Assembly (NCBI RefSeq): GCF_009834535.1
Contig: NC_045725.1
Location: forward strand, 2,790,001-2,854,000
Direction: 5' to 3'
Length of the DNA: 64,000 bases
Source of the DNA: Camelus ferus
Taxonomy: Eukaryota
Below the pieces are notes generated by a model. That model saw only the letters and a program-made list of their open reading frames with translations, was not told where the DNA came from and did no database searches. This document shows, in pieces, positions 62,075 through 64,000 of the stretch; the first letter of the stretch is position 1, and each line of letters opens with the position of its first letter. Made by a program: the position numbers and the translations under genes.

Positions 62075-62160
62075 TCATCTGTGTCTGTGCAACAGGGACC
62101 ACATCTTGTTCATCTGGTGTGGTCCATGACACTTGCTAGCACTGAGTAAGGATGGAAGGG
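62075..62160 (+). mobile_element. Probable L2 3' terminus leading into the TGGA repeat
   Basis: CAGGGACCACATCTTGTTCATCTGG...CTAGCACTGAGTAAGGATGGA resembles the L2 end (CAGGGAC..TCTTGTTCA...GCACTCAATAAAT...(TGAA)n). Confidence 0.5.
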
Positions 62161-62720
62161 TGGATGGATGGATGGGTGGATAGACGGTGGCTGGGGATGG
62201 ATAAGCGGGTAAGTGGATGGGTGAGTGGACAAGTGGATTGGGTGGGGTGCTGGGAGATGGAGGGGTGGTGGATGAGTTGATGGGTGGGAGGCTGGGGGGA
62301 TGGAGGGCTGGGTGGATGGGTGGGGGGCTGGGGGGATGGAGGGCTGGGTGGATGAGTGGATGGGTGGGGGGCTGGGGGGATGGAGGGCTGGGGTGGATGA
62401 GTTGGATGGGTTGGGAGGCTGGGGTATGGGGGGCTGGGTGGATGAGTGGATGGGTGGGAGGCTGGGGGGGATGGAGGGCTGGGTGGATGATTGGATGGTG
62501 GGAGGCTGGGGCTGGGGATGATGGAGAGGCTGGGTGGATGTGGATGGTGGGTGGGGCTGGGGGATGGAGGGCTGGGTGGATGAGTGGAGGGGCTTGGGAT
62601 GAGGTCTGGTAGTGATGGGAGGCTGATGAGGGCTGGTGATAGTGGTTGGGGGTGGTATGAGTGATGGTGGGGGCTGATGGTGATTAGGTGGGGGGCTGGG
62701 GGGATGGAGGGCTGGGTGAT
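62149..62720. repeat. G-rich (TGGA)-derived minisatellite, ~44-bp higher-order unit
   Basis: Seven tandem units GGCTGGGGGGATGGAGGGCTGGGTGGATGAGTGGATGGGTGGG(A/G) from 62290 to ~62590 and one more near 62694, preceded by simple TGGA repeats. Confidence 0.9.
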
Positions 62721-63538
62721 GTTGGTAAACATCAGTGAACAGGTTGTCGGGAGGTTCGATGGCTGGATGGTATTACAGGAAAGTGTGAGTAAACCACATT
62801 TTCTGTGGATAAACAATAAACTTTGGAAGGGAAACCAGCTAAACGACGTTCATTTACGCCCACCTCAGTCTTGAGAGAAAGGCTATTTCTGCGGGAAGCT
62901 GAGGGGCAGTGGTCTGCAACCTGAAACCTCCCATTCCCACATCAGCTCTCTGACTGTCACCACTTACAGAAGAGAAGCCAACTCAAAATGTCCTGAATAA
63001 GCAATTCTCTCTTGCAAAAGGCGTCTTGTGGAATCTGGAAACTAAAAAATTCTAAATGCCCCATTTCTGTAAGGCGTGAATTGCCAAAGATGTGGGAGGT
63101 TCCATTTTTAGCAAGGACACTAAAAATACCTTTTGTCGAATGCCTGCTCGCAACACGCTTAGCTTATGCACAGTGGCCGTTTAGACGGTAAACGTCCCAT
63201 AAATGTGCCTGCAGTCCCGGCGTCTCCCCGCAGCGATGACAGTACCCAGGGGAGAGTGTGTGCCTTTGCTGGGTTGGCTCCGGCCAGTTTTTTGGGAAGG
63301 CCTGGTGCCAAACCTGGAGCACCTGAGGCCATTCCCAGGGCCTCTGAGACACAGGGCTGCAAGCAGGGTGCTCAGGCCAGGTCTGCCCGAGGCGGTCAGG
63401 GGCCGCCTGGAGCTTCAGGGCGCTCCGCGCATCCTGTGGATTTTGTAGGGGACGGCGGGTCCACCAGCCCGGGAAGAAAGCTGCATTGTCCGCACCCTGC
63501 TTTGCACGGCCGTATTCACATCTCACTGTTGTTTGCAG

Positions 63539-63975
63539 GCGAGGCAGATGCGGACCAGAACAATGGGACCCCCTCGCAGGACACAGCGGTGACAGACTCC
63601 AAGCGCACAGCGGACCCAAAGAATGCCTGGCCTGACGCCAACCCATCTGACCCCGGGGGCCGCCCCCACTTAATCCGCCTCTTTTCCCGAGATGCCCCGG
63701 GGAGGGAGGACAACACCTTCAAAGACAGGCCTTCAGAGTCAGACGAGCTTCAGACCATCCAAGAAGACAGTGCCGCTGCTCCGGAGGGCCTGGATGTGAT
63801 GGCCACACAGAAGAGACCCTCCCAGAGGCACGGATCCAAGTACCTGGCCTCGGCGAGCACCATGGACCACGCCAGGCACGCCTTCCTCCCCAGGCACAGA
63901 GACACGGGCATCCTCGACTCCCTCGGCCGCTTCTTTGGCGCCGACAGGGGCGCGCCCAAGCGGGGCTCAGGCAAG
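63539..63975 (+). CDS. MBP: Golli-MBP shared exon (mouse 5a+5b): end of the Golli domain plus classic MBP exon 1
   Basis: Acceptor GTTTGCAG|GC is phase 1 and joins exon 3. Translation (G)EADADQNNG...[34 protein letters not shown]...[19 protein letters not shown]. The Golli domain totals 133 aa, as in human. Donor AAG|GTGAGC. Confidence 0.98.
63555..63760 (+). promoter_or_regulatory. MBP: Classic MBP proximal promoter (M1/tss3) embedded in Golli coding sequence; TSS about 63751
   Basis: SOX AACAATG 63559-63565, NFI TGGC-N5-GCCAA 63628-63641, GC box 63655-63667, NKX2-type CACTTAA 63667-63673, TATA-like TTCAAA 63718-63723 about 33 nt before the expected start, which is ~48 nt upstream of the ATG. 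Confidence 0.8.
63799..63975 (+). CDS. MBP: Classic myelin basic protein, first coding exon (59 codons)
   Basis: [59 protein letters not shown] is an unmistakable MBP N-terminus. Confidence 0.99.
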
Positions 63976-63993
63976 GTGAGCTCTGAGGAGTAG
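63976..63993 (+). CDS. MBP: Read-through segment (exon 5c) VSSEE* of the HOG5/BG21-type 197-aa Golli isoform
   Basis: GTG AGC TCT GAG GAG TAG continues in frame past the donor; 133+59+5 = 197 aa, the length recalled for human HOG5. Confidence 0.75.
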
Positions 63994-64000
63994 AGAGAGG

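Noticed and set aside
62136-62874. Pro/His/Ser-rich and Gly/Trp-rich ORFs (226 aa, 131 aa)
   Set aside because: Translations of the G-rich minisatellite.
1-64000. Neighbouring genes (ZNF236, GALR1), CRISPR arrays, rRNA or prokaryotic operons
   Set aside because: No C2H2 zinc-finger or GPCR exons and no repeat-spacer arrays were seen. The DNA is mammalian intronic/intergenic sequence around one gene.

Overview
Mammalian genomic DNA with a GC-rich, CpG-retaining composition. A camelid source is likely, because the window has five tRNA-derived SINEs with the AAATAAACCTAATTACCTCCCC-type tail of the camelid Vic-1-like family. The window holds the 5' part of the Golli-MBP (myelin basic protein, MBP) transcription unit on the + strand. 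The elements are a CpG-island promoter with a probable non-coding exon 1 (~8114-8299), coding exon 2 (ATG 30138-30188), exon 3 (42122-42209) and the large shared exon (63539-63975). That last exon ends the 133-aa Golli domain, contains the classic MBP promoter and encodes classic MBP from ATG 63799. Reading through its donor adds VSSEE* (HOG5/BG21-type 197-aa isoform). The remaining MBP exons lie beyond the window. The rest is intronic or upstream DNA: ERV1, MaLR/ERVL LTRs, L1, MIR, L2, MER58, SINEs, simple repeats and a 206-nt assembly gap. The most interesting observations are: (i) promoter motifs written inside Golli codons, including an NFI site that appears closer to consensus than in human; (ii) an L2-tail-seeded (TGGA)n that has grown into a G-quadruplex-prone ~44-bp minisatellite 1.0-1.6 kb upstream of the classic promoter; (iii) clusters of inverted SOXE dimer sites resembling the M2/M3/M4 myelin enhancers; (iv) a second intronic CpG island with telomere-variant hexamers. 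I found no convincing wholly new gene or system. Human, mouse, pig and bovine comparisons and repeat family names are from memory, not from database searches.
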